From positions 992,001-1,056,000 of the forward strand of contig OZ243037.1 of assembly GCA_965212015.1 (NCBI GenBank): a DNA stretch of 64,000 bases. Direction: 5' to 3'. Every line of letters begins with the position of its first letter. Position 1 is the first letter of the stretch. The DNA comes from Cenarchaeum sp. GTDB taxonomy: Archaea; Thermoproteota; Nitrososphaeria; Nitrososphaerales; Nitrosopumilaceae. The notes under the pieces were generated by a model. The model had not been told where the DNA came from. It did no database searches and saw only the letters and a program-made list of their open reading frames with translations. Shown here piece by piece: positions 10,101-20,000 of the stretch. A program made the translations under genes and the position numbers.

Positions 10101-13100
10101 CGCTTGAAAAGTCCAGTCCCTCCGGGACATTATCCGGAAGGGAGCCGGTGGCGGGAAAACTGCGGTCGGGGTCGGTGGGGGAGGACGGCATTGCATAGGG
10201 GGCATCGAGGATATACTCGTGTACGCGGTCGTTTTGGGTTCCAATTATAAACATGCGCTGGCCGTTATTTGAGAATTCCACCGCGGTGGGCGCAGTATCC
10301 GCAGAACCCACAAAGAACTCTGCGGTGAAATCATCAGACCTGCTCGATACGTCAAAGGCCGTACCGAGGTCATACTGGAGTATGCGATCATTTGCGCCGG
10401 ACTCTAGTACAAACAAGAGCGTGCCGTTACTGGAGAATGCCAGATCGGTGGGTATGGTATAGGTGCCGGAATGCGAGGTTGTGGGCGCATAGTCGATCAG
10501 TGGCGGAGTAAGTATCAGGTTGACAGAATAGTCGTTCGATGCCGTATTGCCGATGTTTATTGCGCTCTGGGCCGCACCTGCCGGAATTGATACGGTAATG
10601 ATGGCGTCGGTGGCCCCGCGAAGCACGTCAAAGTCAAACACGGTATTATCATCGGTTCTAAAGTTTGATACCACGTGAACGCCGGCGCTGCTCGATATTA
10701 TAATATCGGATGCCTCCAGTCCCGACACCGACTCGCTGAATGTGGCGTTAAACGCTGCAATGCCGTCGACTGTGGCATCCTCCTGGGTGGTGCTGCCGAT
10801 GATTACCGTGGGCGCGATGAGCTCGGGAAGGGAGAACCCAAAGACGTTATCAACAACTGTTCCGGAATTGCTAGAGCCGAGTGTAAACATGCGCTGGTTA
10901 TCAGCTGTTATGTGCAGGCCAACGAGGTTTCCGGTCTGGGGGTGAAAGGCAACAGAGTTTTCCATATACTCTACACCGGAGAGGATTGAGAACGGGGCGC
11001 CCAGCGCATACTCGTGGAATCTGGCGGCGAATCCTCCAATGACAAACATGGATGTGCCATCGGAGCGAAATGCCAGATCGTTTGGAAAAGTCAGGTTACG
11101 CGGCTCTGCATCGATCAGAACGACGGCGGCGCCGCTGGAGGATACATCAGAAAGGGAAAAGGGGACGCCCAGCGCAAACTCGTAGACGCTAATATCGGAA
11201 GTAGCGCCGCCAAGGACGAACAGCTTTGTGCCGTCAGATGAAAGGGCAAACCCGACTGTGGCCCCATCTATGCCGGTCAGCCTGTGCGAGTTTACCAGCG
11301 AGAGGGATTCCACATCATAGGGCGAATCCATGCTGTATTCATGGAGGTTGGGGGCTTCCAGCACAAACATGGTGCGTCCGTCGTTTGAGAATTCCGTATC
11401 CGACGGCACTGTAGTCCCCGGCAGTACGGCCACGGGGCCGCGCACAATGTCGCTGTTGGGGTTGCCCGTCGTGTTTGCAAAGACAAACGGCGTTCCGCTG
11501 GTGGAGTATGTGGTGATATCGCGATCATTGGCCTCTATTATGAACATGAGCGTGCCGTTCCTTGAAAAGTCCACGTTGCGCGGAACGTCACCTGCCGTCG
11601 ACCTCTCAAATGTCTGGTCAAATACGAGCGTGTTGTTCAGGGTAAGTGTCCTGACGTCATCCACTATGCGGAGTGTTACGGGTTCGACGTCCGCATTACT
11701 TGGACCGGTGGCAACGACGTTAAATTCAACGTTCCCGACGGCATCTGGCGTCCATGTGAACGCGCCGCCGGCCGTTATCGCGGCGGATGCCGGCGCGCCG
11801 TCGAGTGCAAAGCTTGCCGGCCGGCCCGATACCAGGCCGAACTGCAGCGAGATCGGCCCATCCACCACGTATTGGTGCGATATTACCGGCAGTATGATTA
11901 CGGGCGGCAGTCCGGCGGTAAATGTGGCCGTACGAATTTCGGATGCCGTATTGCTCTGTGGAGAGTCGTCCACATCCATGGCGATGCCCTCCGGAATGCT
12001 CACATTTATTGTGCCGTCCGTGCCGTTGCGCTGCACATCAAAGGCGAATGTGGCTGCCTGGCCGGTGGCGGGCGAAAAATTCGACGCCCTGTGGGTGCCG
12101 GCAGGCGCGGTGCTATCCACGGTAATCTCGTCTATGAAAAATTGCGACACGGGCTCGCTGAACTCGGCCATAAACCGTATGGTCTCCAGGTTGGTGGTCC
12201 CCTCGTGTTCCACATCGGTACTAGTTACGTTCACGGTGGGCCGGATGCCAAATGAAATCAGGTACGGGATGGCTGGCGCCACATTGGCGGTGCCTTGCAG
12301 ATCCATAAACGTACCGGCGGCAATGAATATGCTCAGGGTCTCCTCGGTGTCCCGGATGCCTATCTGAAAGCTGTATATGAGATCGGTTCTCCGGGTAAGG
12401 TTCTCCGGCACATAGCCCTCGCTGGAGCCGCCAAGGAAGGTAATGTCATCTAGTGTAAACGTGCTCTCCATTATGGGCTCGCTGAATGTGGCGTTAAAAT
12501 TGGCCACATCCAAGAGCGTTTCGCCGAGATCCGGCACGTCGGTGCTGGTGATTGTGACTGTGGGCGGGCCATCCGGCGCGGTAAAAGTGGCGGTATAAAC
12601 TTCGGATGCCGCATTGCCGTGTGGAAGGTGATCCACATCAATGGCGGCGCCCTCCGGAATGCTCACATTTATTGTGCCGCCCGCGTCGTTGCGCTGCACA
12701 TCAAAGGTGAATATGGTTGCCGGGCCGGTGGCGGGCAAAAGATTCGACGCCCTGTGGGTGCCGGCAGACGCGGTGCTATCCACGATAATCTCGCTTGCAA
12801 GAAACTGCGACACGGGCTCGCTGAACTCGGCCATAAACCGTATGGTCTCCAGGTTGGCGGTCCCCTCGTGTTCCACATCATCACTGGTTACGTTCACGGT
12901 GGGTATGCTGACAAATGTAAAGGAGTACGGGGCAGTTGACGCATCATTGGCGTTGCCTTGCAGATCCGTGAACGTATCGGCGAGAATGCGTATGGCCAAG
13001 GTAGCTTCGGTGTCTTCGCTGTCTATCTGAAAGCTGTATACGAAGTCGTTTACCCGGGCAACGTTCGTTGCCATATGGACTCCGGGGGGGCCGACGAAGG

Positions 13101-14358
13101 TAATGTCATCTTCTGTAAACGTGCTTTCGTCTATGCGCTCGTTGAATGTGGCGTTAAAATTGGCCACATCCGAGGTCGCATCGCCGAGATCCGGCACGAC
13201 GGTGCTGGAGATTGTGACTGTGGGCGGGGTGTTATCCACTTGGGAAAAAGCGGTGGTAAATGGAATTGCCGCAGAGTTGAAGTTATTCTGACCCACACTA
13301 CGCGCCCTGTCTACGGGAATCGACACGGTCAGATCACCGATGGAGGATCCAATACCGACGACAAACGTGTACCGGGAGGGGTTGACTTGCATAAAGCTCG
13401 ATACTTGGGGATCGCCGCCGTTTACGGTACCTGACAGTTCGATCCCCGTTGCGTTAAATCCCGTTACAGGCTCGTTGAATCGGACGTCAAATGTTATGGA
13501 TGATGCGGGCGTGAATGTGCCGTTTGCCAGAGGCGAACCGTCATTGGCCGTGATTGTCGGGATGGTGGGCAGCGTAAAGGCGGCGCGGAGCGGATACTGG
13601 AGGACGGTGTCGGTAGTCGAGGAGACGATATACATGGTCCTGCCGTCAACTGAAAAGTCTATTCCGCGGTAATTAGTAGATGGTGGGGTAAAAGTGTCAA
13701 CGGCTGCACCGAGACCGTCCAGGTTAAAGGGCGGATTCAGGTTGAACTGCTCAATCGCCCTCGCACCCATCACAAACAGCCTTGTGCCGTCAGTGGAGAT
13801 TGCCACGCCGAGAGCACCACCAAACGTGCCTGGATTAAAACTGCTGTCGGCTGCACCGGCGGAGGAAACATCAAAGGGCGTTGAGAGCCGGTATCCAGAA
13901 ATACTACCCCCTCCAATAAACACCCAATCGCCGTTAGCAGAGAATGTAGCACCTAGTCCGCCGCTGATGCAGCAGCCGACGTTTTCGAGTGGAGTGTATG
14001 AATTACTACCATCAATGCTGTACGGGGCAAGACTGTTTCGCCCGTTATTTAGAACATACAAGGTACTCCCGTCATTGGAGACTAGTACGTCCTGAAACTC
14101 GAATGCGTGAGAAGGGGGAAAGTTTCCGCCAGTCGTGCCGGGTACGGTGGCGCTAGCTATGTCAAAGGGGGTACTGAGCGAGAATGTAATGATACTATTG
14201 GTTCCTGAAACATACAATGTCATGCCGTCGTTGGACATGGTCAGCCCCGTGGGTATGCTTTCAGGAGGATTGACGCTGATGGATGTCTGGGCATAAGCCG
14301 AGACTGGGATCAAAACCAACAGTGGCAACAGAAAGGCTACCATCATGCTCTTTTGCAT
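7129..14358 (-). CDS. giant secreted surface protein A (about 2409 aa): signal peptide, beta-propeller repeats, bacterial-Ig-like repeats, cadherin/He_PIG-like modules, conserved C-terminal domain
   Basis: Start MQKSMMVAFLLPLLVLIPVSAYAQ at 14358 matches the paralog start and lies 22 nt from a TATA box; recurrent FSxDGxxMF/Y..L..PFD blades; PTVTI.S...FSEPV..F Ig repeats; YSLSNHPGWLSIDSATGQLSG. Confidence 0.88.
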   Translation of the reverse strand: MQKSMMVAFLLPLLVLIPVSAYAQTSISVNPPESIPTGLTMSNDGMTLYVSGTNSIITFSLSTPFDIASATVPGTTGGNFPPSHAFEFQDVLVSNDGSTLYVLNNGRNSLAPYSIDGSNSYTPLENVGCCISGGLGATFSANGDWVFIGGGSISGYRLSTPFDVSSAGAADSSFNPGTFGGALGVAISTDGTRLFVMGARAIEQFNLNPPFNLDGLGAAVDTFTPPSTNYRGIDFSVDGRTMYIVSSTTDTVLQYPLRAAFTLPTIPTITANDGSPLANGTFTPASSITFDVRFNEPVTGFNATGIELSGTVNGGDPQVSSFMQVNPSRYTFVVGIGSSIGDLTVSIPVDRARSVGQNNFNSAAIPFTTAFSQVDNTPPTVTISSTVVPDLGDATSDVANFNATFNERIDESTFTEDDITFVGPPGVHMATNVARVNDFVYSFQIDSEDTEATLAIRILADTFTDLQGNANDASTAPYSFTFVSIPTVNVTSDDVEHEGTANLETIRFMAEFSEPVSQFLASEIIVDSTASAGTHRASNLLPATGPATIFTFDVQRNDAGGTINVSIPEGAAIDVDHLPHGNAASEVYTATFTAPDGPPTVTITSTDVPDLGETLLDVANFNATFSEPIMESTFTLDDITFLGGSSEGYVPENLTRRTDLIYSFQIGIRDTEETLSIFIAAGTFMDLQGTANVAPAIPYLISFGIRPTVNVTSTDVEHEGTTNLETIRFMAEFSEPVSQFFIDEITVDSTAPAGTHRASNFSPATGQAATFAFDVQRNGTDGTINVSIPEGIAMDVDDSPQSNTASEIRTATFTAGLPPVIILPVISHQYVVDGPISLQFGLVSGRPASFALDGAPASAAITAGGAFTWTPDAVGNVEFNVVATGPSNADVEPVTLRIVDDVRTLTLNNTLVFDQTFERSTAGDVPRNVDFSRNGTLMFIIEANDRDITTYSTSGTPFVFANTTGNPNSDIVRGPVAVLPGTTVPSDTEFSNDGRTMFVLEAPNLHEYSMDSPYDVESLSLVNSHRLTGIDGATVGFALSSDGTKLFVLGGATSDISVYEFALGVPFSLSDVSSSGAAVVLIDAEPRNLTFPNDLAFRSDGTSMFVIGGFAARFHEYALGAPFSILSGVEYMENSVAFHPQTGNLVGLHITADNQRMFTLGSSNSGTVVDNVFGFSLPELIAPTVIIGSTTQEDATVDGIAAFNATFSESVSGLEASDIIISSSAGVHVVSNFRTDDNTVFDFDVLRGATDAIITVSIPAGAAQSAINIGNTASNDYSVNLILTPPLIDYAPTTSHSGTYTIPTDLAFSSNGTLLFVLESGANDRILQYDLGTAFDVSSRSDDFTAEFFVGSADTAPTAVEFSNNGQRMFIIGTQNDRVHEYILDAPYAMPSSPTDPDRSFPATGSLPDNVPEGLDFSSDGLHMYVVGAENDRIYGYTLGGPFFLTSISAPPVSSPLPDGRPTGSEITDDGSILYVLGGQAVNSFRNIYAYSLGTAHDVSDLTLLGARQPLTSAQVTGMEFGSDSRILYVTERSSNGILAFATNTALPELGDLNFGFTEDSDVSELAPVPGSDDDPGAVLEYSLSNHPGWLSIDSATGQLSGIVPQDNSPLFDSMDTPARCFEQGSVEFTVTVSDDGFDSDNTDDVSRDYTVSVFNNARSPNDLPSNVNNMDIPLARTATQLDLSLYTSDTDAEDTLTYSFAGLAGNAITPDSLAIDSDTGLATFTSTGNSGTATIDYLVCDGSHLSSLQVTTASSTQPSISFADITKRVLIGHNSVISAQEFFDSITIDAPNGEEFFFPGDQLPSPPGFPHHNPGSGNRENDLMGLYRVEGDLTGTDEAIPSRNFVGNQTWNFIAELRATSGSVTMNPGDLAIGGPRDGMAAQAGDVVARATNLYTLTTFAPTVGNFSAVYSPGDTVDIQFPITPDNVNYDLVLDEVAEEMLATLGLSHGNIINRNPSDLRLSGTIPLDLVPPTGATEDYTIEYTALLRPGVSTTEFLGTLYIRVSDVITLDATTADGFSIPASSLGAPDNATFTAVTYEPELTGAGDDGDGNALFDLMFVDVEGVRTAMLVSTADEDYACSDLADQMLTITTTTTGEDGSMPVTVTTIVFEPCSGGGDDDTQWRTKPTFGKSYTTGQKIVDCGYSMDNVCRDVTDYHVDYKRNTIETDSLHDFALTAYAQNGLRSFNIGFGMPGIGSPLNAAEAQINVNLIRDYSINSTYMIDSVEYSNENRVIGEDATFEISRVKCLPTDENNLCVRLNIDGVLFRETLYDEPFAINALDSKRRGTTHYMNEGLLVFGDSLNVPPTHELSERHSNQGDAVKLHLTRTDKLADVWTDQLGHQWTKNAFGTWSYVDAPPVDMSSACTDEDNRACDAFAQKRDAHIIQMEELRDSVYGRAYVTSHDGRQ

Positions 14359-14390
14359 ATACAACCCCCCCCCCCAACTGCTTATAAAAG
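14359..14390 (-). promoter_or_regulatory. TATA box plus G11 homopolymer spacer of giant gene A
   Basis: Minus strand CTTTTATAAG-CAGTT-G11-TTGTAT-ATG; C run at 14365-14375 on the plus strand. Confidence 0.8.
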
Positions 14391-14408
14391 TATAATCATC
14401 GGTTTTTT

Positions 14409-14468
14409 GTAACCGGTTAGGTTCAAGCGGGATATTTGGATCCGCAGGCACCGGACCTAACCGGTTAC
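14409..14468 (+). repeat. complete 60-bp palindromic element with perfect 14-bp terminal inverted repeats
   Basis: GTAACCGGTTAGGT (14409-14422) ... ACCTAACCGGTTAC (14455-14468). Confidence 0.9.
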
Positions 14469-14521
14469 GAACCGGTTCTTGACTGCGATCATGCGGGATC
14501 AGGGTGAACATGGCGTCAGGA

Positions 14522-14764
14522 CTAGAACTTCCATTCTTCACACAGTCCGTTCCACAGGGGACGGAACACGTCCGGATCCTTTCCAATCTCCTGCGTGATG
14601 CGGTTTTTGAGCACGAATGAAAAGTTCTCCAGCGCATCAATGCCGCCGTCATTATACAGCTCTTCTCCAATCTCGGAGATCCGGGCCTTTTTTGCCTCGG
14701 CTTCCCCGGATTCCGGGTTTTGGAGGCAGAACGTCATCAGGTCGATTAGCTCCTCCTCCAGCAT
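14522..14764 (-). CDS. conserved thaumarchaeal hypothetical protein (about 80 aa)
   Basis: MLEEELIDLMTFCLQNP...IGEELYNDGGIDALENF...LWNGLCEEWKF; protein-like composition and host-like codon usage. Confidence 0.75.
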   Translation of the reverse strand: MLEEELIDLMTFCLQNPESGEAEAKKARISEIGEELYNDGGIDALENFSFVLKNRITQEIGKDPDVFRPLWNGLCEEWKF

Positions 14765-14934
14765 AAAGTCCATAAGGAATTGCGGCATTTTCCGATATTT
14801 ACCGGTATCGAAGGACGCCTGTCCGGGAGTTTACACAGCAGGCCGAATACTAGCCGGACTGGCAGATAAACTAGCAGGTTCCCCGCTTTTGGATGCGCGC
14901 TTTAAGACGGGTTGGCCGGGCTTGTTAGCTTGTC

Positions 14935-15240
14935 TATTCGATCCAGGCCAGAACGTCCGGGATGCGTTCTCAGGGGCAGATGTCTTTCTCAACATGAACT
15001 TGGAGCTGCGCGAATCAATCTACAAGTTTGTCGAGCTGTTGTTTGAAAATACGCTCAAGACGCCCCACATAAGAGTCCGGAATGATGCATGCCTTTACAG
15101 TCTCGATGGCATCCTCCCCGTTATCAAGACAAGCGGGAGTCTCGATTCTCACAAAAACTGGTGATTTGATATCCGCTGGAATCAATGAGGTCCCAAAGGC
15201 TGGCAGTGGCCATTATCTGGCCGGGGACAAAAATGATGCG
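14935..15240 (+). pseudogene. internal fragment of an anti-phage-type dCTP/dCMP deaminase (kinase-deaminase fusion)
   Basis: Frame A GQNVRDAFSGADVF...LRESIYKFVELLFENTLKTP, then a frameshift and TAA near 15063-15072, then frame B GMMHAF...SSPLSRQAGVSI...GDLISAGINEVPKAGSGHYLAGDKNDA; HAE/PCxxC part absent. Confidence 0.75.
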
Positions 15241-15265
15241 GCTTGTTCCATATTACATGCCGCAT

Positions 15266-15526
15266 CTACAGCCCGATGAGGTCGTCATCAGACGCCCTTG
15301 TGCAGTCTGTCCCCACCGGCCTGAGCTCAGTAAAGGTGATCTTTCCCTCCGGAATCCTTGCCATGCCCTGCAGTGCGCCGAGTTTTTCACGCACGGCCCT
15401 TTTATGCCTGCCGCAAGTCACCCCCACCATGTACTCTCCGTCGCCGGAGGCCACAGAGATGACAAACTCCGGCGGGTTGACGCACAGCTTGCCGCCTTTT
15501 TTTACGGAACACCTGTCGGGAAGCAT
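15266..15526 (-). CDS. conserved Cys-containing hypothetical protein
   Basis: MLPDRCSV...CVNPPEFVI...YMVGVTCGRH...VGTDC; directly downstream of the FAD oxidoreductase. Confidence 0.7.
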   Translation of the reverse strand: MLPDRCSVKKGGKLCVNPPEFVISVASGDGEYMVGVTCGRHKRAVREKLGALQGMARIPEGKITFTELRPVGTDCTRASDDDLIGL

Positions 15527-15557
15527 GAGTGACACCGGAATGATGGCGATATTAATC

Positions 15558-16853
15558 TTAGTCGAACACGCCGGCATGGCGCCAAATGGATTCGCGCGAG
15601 CAATCCCCGTAATCCAAAAAACCCCCCTCCTGCAGCTTTTTTACTACAAACGCAGAATATGCAGGCGCGCCGGTGGCGCCAGGCGAGTTGTAGTTTATTA
15701 TGCTAAGGGAACCCTCGCCTTTTAGCTCCAGCACGTCTGAGAGAAACCCGCCCTCCGGCGTGATTATCTGCGAACGTATTCCCGCAGTGCCCCTGCCGCT
15801 AAAAAATTCCGGCCTCACCCGGGGGATGAATTTTTTGAGGCGCCCGACCATCGCCGTCTTTGAGACCGAGCTGAGCCATTCCTTGCACACCATGGACAAA
15901 AATTCCGGATCAAGGAGCAGTTTTTTTGCATTTCCCGTCACCAGGCCCCCTAGCTTGCATAGCGACTCGCCAATGTCACCCACGTAACCCTCGTATATCT
16001 CCGAGCCCAGAACGGGAACGGCGTTTGGGCCGATCTCGACTGTGCCGTCGGCCTTTTTTATCCAGTGCGGATCCAAAAAAGGATACCCCTCAAACTCTGC
16101 GACGGTGTATGCCGTGGTCCCGACCAGTCCGGCATGCTGCGCGTCTGCGACCCAGTACTCGCCCCGGAAATGAAGATCAGAGTACTGTGTGGCCGTCCCC
16201 AAAAGATGCGCAACATCCAAAGAGTTCCCCCCCGCGCAGTTGATCACAAAGTCGGCCGATATTTCTGGGCCGCCTTCAAGTAGCATGGTGTGGCCGTCCG
16301 GGTTTTTTTGTATGTCCGTTACGTTTTTTTGCATCAAAAAGTCGGTCCCGTTTTTTTGCGACTCGTTTTTTGTCGCGCGGCACAGCGCCCCGAAATCCGT
16401 CGACGCCTCTCGCGTGCAGTGTATGGCCGAGTGGCACCGGATGTTTGGCTCCATTTTTGAGACCTGGGCCCCGTCTAGCAGGCGCATGTCGTCTGGCGGA
16501 ATCCCGTTTTCATCCCCCCATTTCATGTACCGCTCGAGGCTCTTGTGTTGCCCCTCGTCTAGTGCCAGCTCCAAGACCCCGGTCCTCGCCCACGGTATTT
16601 TTTCCCTTTTTGCAAGATCCTCCCACATTCCGCGGGATAACAGGGCCGATCTTGCCAGCATTCCCCTTGTCTTTGGATTCAGATAAAACGGAGAGTGCAC
16701 CACGCCGGTATTGCGCCCGCTGGCATGCATTGCGACGCCGGATTCCTTTTCTATTACAGCCGTCCTTGCACCACAAAGCGACGAGATCCAGTACGATATG
16801 CTGGTGCCAAGGATTCCTCCCCCGATGATTGCAATGTCGTATCGCTCCAACAC
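15558..16853 (-). CDS. FAD-dependent oxidoreductase, L-2-hydroxyglutarate oxidase (LhgO)-like
   Basis: IIGGGILG, HASGRNTGVVH, INCAG, FRGEY, IGPNA, AGIRSQ, SPGATGA. Confidence 0.88.
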   Translation of the reverse strand: MLERYDIAIIGGGILGTSISYWISSLCGARTAVIEKESGVAMHASGRNTGVVHSPFYLNPKTRGMLARSALLSRGMWEDLAKREKIPWARTGVLELALDEGQHKSLERYMKWGDENGIPPDDMRLLDGAQVSKMEPNIRCHSAIHCTREASTDFGALCRATKNESQKNGTDFLMQKNVTDIQKNPDGHTMLLEGGPEISADFVINCAGGNSLDVAHLLGTATQYSDLHFRGEYWVADAQHAGLVGTTAYTVAEFEGYPFLDPHWIKKADGTVEIGPNAVPVLGSEIYEGYVGDIGESLCKLGGLVTGNAKKLLLDPEFLSMVCKEWLSSVSKTAMVGRLKKFIPRVRPEFFSGRGTAGIRSQIITPEGGFLSDVLELKGEGSLSIINYNSPGATGAPAYSAFVVKKLQEGGFLDYGDCSRESIWRHAGVFD

Positions 16854-17092
16854 ACGTGGATCGTCGTGTTCACATTAATTGATTTTGAATCACGGCACGC
16901 AGGCGGCGCCGGGAGGCAGACTGGCATTCCCGGGGGCCGTCCCCGTCACGGCCGGGATCCATCCCGGCTGCTCAAAAGGCCTTCATTTTGGGGCCGGTCT
17001 TGTTACAGATGGGTCCGTACCAGCTATATCATAATCAGGGCATCGTTGCCTGCATTTCACGCAAGACGCGGATTTGTTCGGCGTATGTTCAA

Positions 17093-20000
17093 CTAGGGAT
17101 CCTGCATGCCGTGAAGAACCAAAAAGGCCTCGCGTGAGTCGCCGTCGGCATTATGGATGCTGACTGTCGTTTCCAGGTCGTCAAAGGCCGGAACGGTATA
17201 GATGCCGCCGTAATAGAAATCACGCAGCTCCTCCATCTGAATAATGTGCGCGTCGCGCTTTTGGGCAAAGGCGTCGCACGCACGATTGTCCTCGTCGGTA
17301 CACGCACTCGACATGTCGACTGGCGGCGCATCCACGTACGACCACGTGCCAAACGCGTTCTTTGTCCACTGGTGTCCCAGCTGGTCGGTCCACACGTCTG
17401 CAAGCTTGTCGGTCCGAGTCAGGTGCAGCTTTACTGCGTCGCCCTGGTTTGAGTGCCTCTCGCTGAGCTCGTGCGTGGGGGGCACGTTTAGCGAGTCGCC
17501 ATACACCAGCAGTCCCTCGTTCATATAGTGGGTGGTGCCGCGCCTCTTTGAGTCCAGCGCGTTTATTGCAAACGGCTCGTCGTACAGCGTCTCGCGGAAC
17601 AGTACGCCATCTATGTTCAGCCGCACGCACAGGTTATTTTCGTCTGTAGGCAGGCATTTTACGCGCGATATCTCAAATGTGGCGTCCTCGCCTATCACGC
17701 GATTCTCGTTTGAATATTCCACGGAATCTATCATGTACGTGGAGTTTATGGAATAGTCGCGTATCAGGTTTACGTTAATCTGCGCCTCTGCAGCATTCAG
17801 GGGCGAGCCTATTCCGGGCATGCCAAAGCCGATGTTAAACGAGCGCAGGCCGTTTTGTGCGTACGCCGTTAGCGCAAAGTCGTGAAGCGAGTCAGTCTCT
17901 ATGGTATTGCGTTTGTAATCGACGTGATAGTCAGTTACGTCGCGGCAGACATTGTCCATGGAATAGCCGCAGTCCACTATTTTTTGGCCAGTCGTGTACG
18001 ACTTGCCAAACGTCGGCTTTGTCCTCCACTGCGTGTCGTCATCGCCGCCTCCCGAGCACGGTTCAAAGACAATGGTGGTAACCGTGACGGCCGTGCTGCC
18101 GTCCTCGCCGGTGGTAGTGGTAGTTATGGTAAGCATCTGATCTGCCAGATCACTGCAGACATAGTCCTCATCGGCAGTCGAGGCAAGCGACACCGTTTGT
18201 ACACCCTCCACATCAACAACCATCAATTCGAATAGATCGTTACCTTCACCGTCATCACCGGCGCCGGTAAGTTCCGGCGCGTACGTCGCTCCAGTAAAGG
18301 TGGCATTATCCGGGGCACCCAGACTGCTTGCCGGGATGCTAAATGTCTCAAGTGCGGCCACATCCAGCGTGATTACATCAGAGACCCGGATGTTGAGCGT
18401 GCCCGGAAATGTAATGGTGGATACGCCGGGGCGCAGAAGAGCAGTATATTCAATGGTATAGTCTACAGTCGCACCGGTGGACGGCACCAGGTCAAGCGGG
18501 ATGGTGCCGGACAGCCTCAGGTCGGCAGGATTCCGGTTTATGATATTTCCGTGGCTCAGCCCGAGGGTCGCCAACATCTCTTCGGCCTCTGCGTCCAATA
18601 CGAGGTCATAATTGACATTATCGGGCGTTATTGGAAACGATATGTCCACAGTGTCGCCGGGCGAATATACTGCTGAAAAGTTGCCGACAGTCGGGGCAAA
18701 CGTCGTAAGGGTATAGAGGTTCGTGGCCCTTTCAACTACATCGTCTACCACTGCGTCACCGGTCTCCACACCGTTGGCATCTATTGCCTGGTCGTTCGGA
18801 TTATTCGTGACGGATTCTGCCGTGGCGCGCAACTCTACTATAAAGTTCCATGTTTGGTTGCCTATAAAGTTCCTAGAGGCAAGTGTCTCATCACCATCTA
18901 GTGTACCTTGAACAGGGTAAAAGCCCCTCTGAGCGCTTTCACGGGCGCCGTTACCGGGATTATGATGGGGGAATCCGGGCGGTGAGGGCAGTTGGAACTC
19001 TGGGAAAAAGAGCGCTTCCCCGTTTGGATTATCAAAAGTTACACTTTCAAGAAACTCTTGTGCCGAGATAAACGAATTATGACCTACCAGCACCCTCTGT
19101 GTAATGTCGGCAAACAATATGGAGGGCTGGGTGGCCGATGCAGTCGTCACTTGCAAACTCGAGAGGTGCGAGCCGTCACACACCAGATAATCGATGGTTG
19201 CCGTACCGGTGTTGCCAGTCGACGTAAAGGTCGCAATGCCCGTATCGGAATCAATCGCAAGGGAGTCCGGAGTGATGGCGTTGCCTGCCAGGCCCGCAAA
19301 GGAGTACGTCAGGGTGTCCTCGGCATCGGTATCGCTGGTATACAGGGAGAGATCCAGCTGTGTGGCAGTTCTGGCAAGCGGAATGTCCATGTTGTTCACG
19401 TTTGAGGGAAGGTCGTTGGGCGATCTTGCATTGTTAAATACACTAACGGTATAGTCGCGCGAGACATCATCGGTATTATCGGCATCAAAGCCGTCATCAG
19501 ATACCGTCACGGTAAACTCTACGCTGCCCTGTGTGAAGCACCTTGCGGGGGTATCCATGCTATCAAAAAGGGGCGAGTTGTCCTGCGGGACAATACCGGA
19601 GAGCTGTCCCGTGGCGGAATCTATGCTCAGCCAGCCCGGATGGTTCGAGAGGCTGTATTCCAGTACTGCGCCCGGGTCGTCATCGGATCCCGGAACCGGG
19701 GCCAATTCAGAGACGTCACTGTCCTCCGTAAAGCCAAAGTTCAGGTCCCCAAGCTCGGGAAGCGCCGTGTTTACCGCAAACGCCAGGATGCCATTGCCTG
19801 TGCGTTCTGTAACGTATAGGATCCTAGAGTCCGAACCGAACTCCATCTCTGTTAACTGTACGCCGGCTAGCGGCCGCGTCTCTAAAAGGGTCAGATCACT
19901 CACGTCATGGGCGGTGCCAAGCGAATATACAAAGAGATTGCGAAAGCCGTTCCTGCCCTGCTCGTCCAAAACGTACAGTATGGAGCCGTCATCGGTGATT

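Noticed and set aside
14409-14468. Canonical integron attC site
   Set aside because: GTTRRRY and RYYYAAC are in the reverse order to attC, there is no cassette array, and no integron integrase is visible; kept only as an unassigned repeat
14359-14670. N-terminal 104-aa extension of giant gene A in the ORF track
   Set aside because: It runs through the promoter, the repeat and another gene; the signal peptide and the paralog place the start at 14358
16952-16969. Hairpin GCCGGGAT-CC-ATCCCGGC downstream of giant gene B
   Set aside because: Single 8-bp stem with a 2-nt loop and no T tract; not enough to call a terminator or repeat
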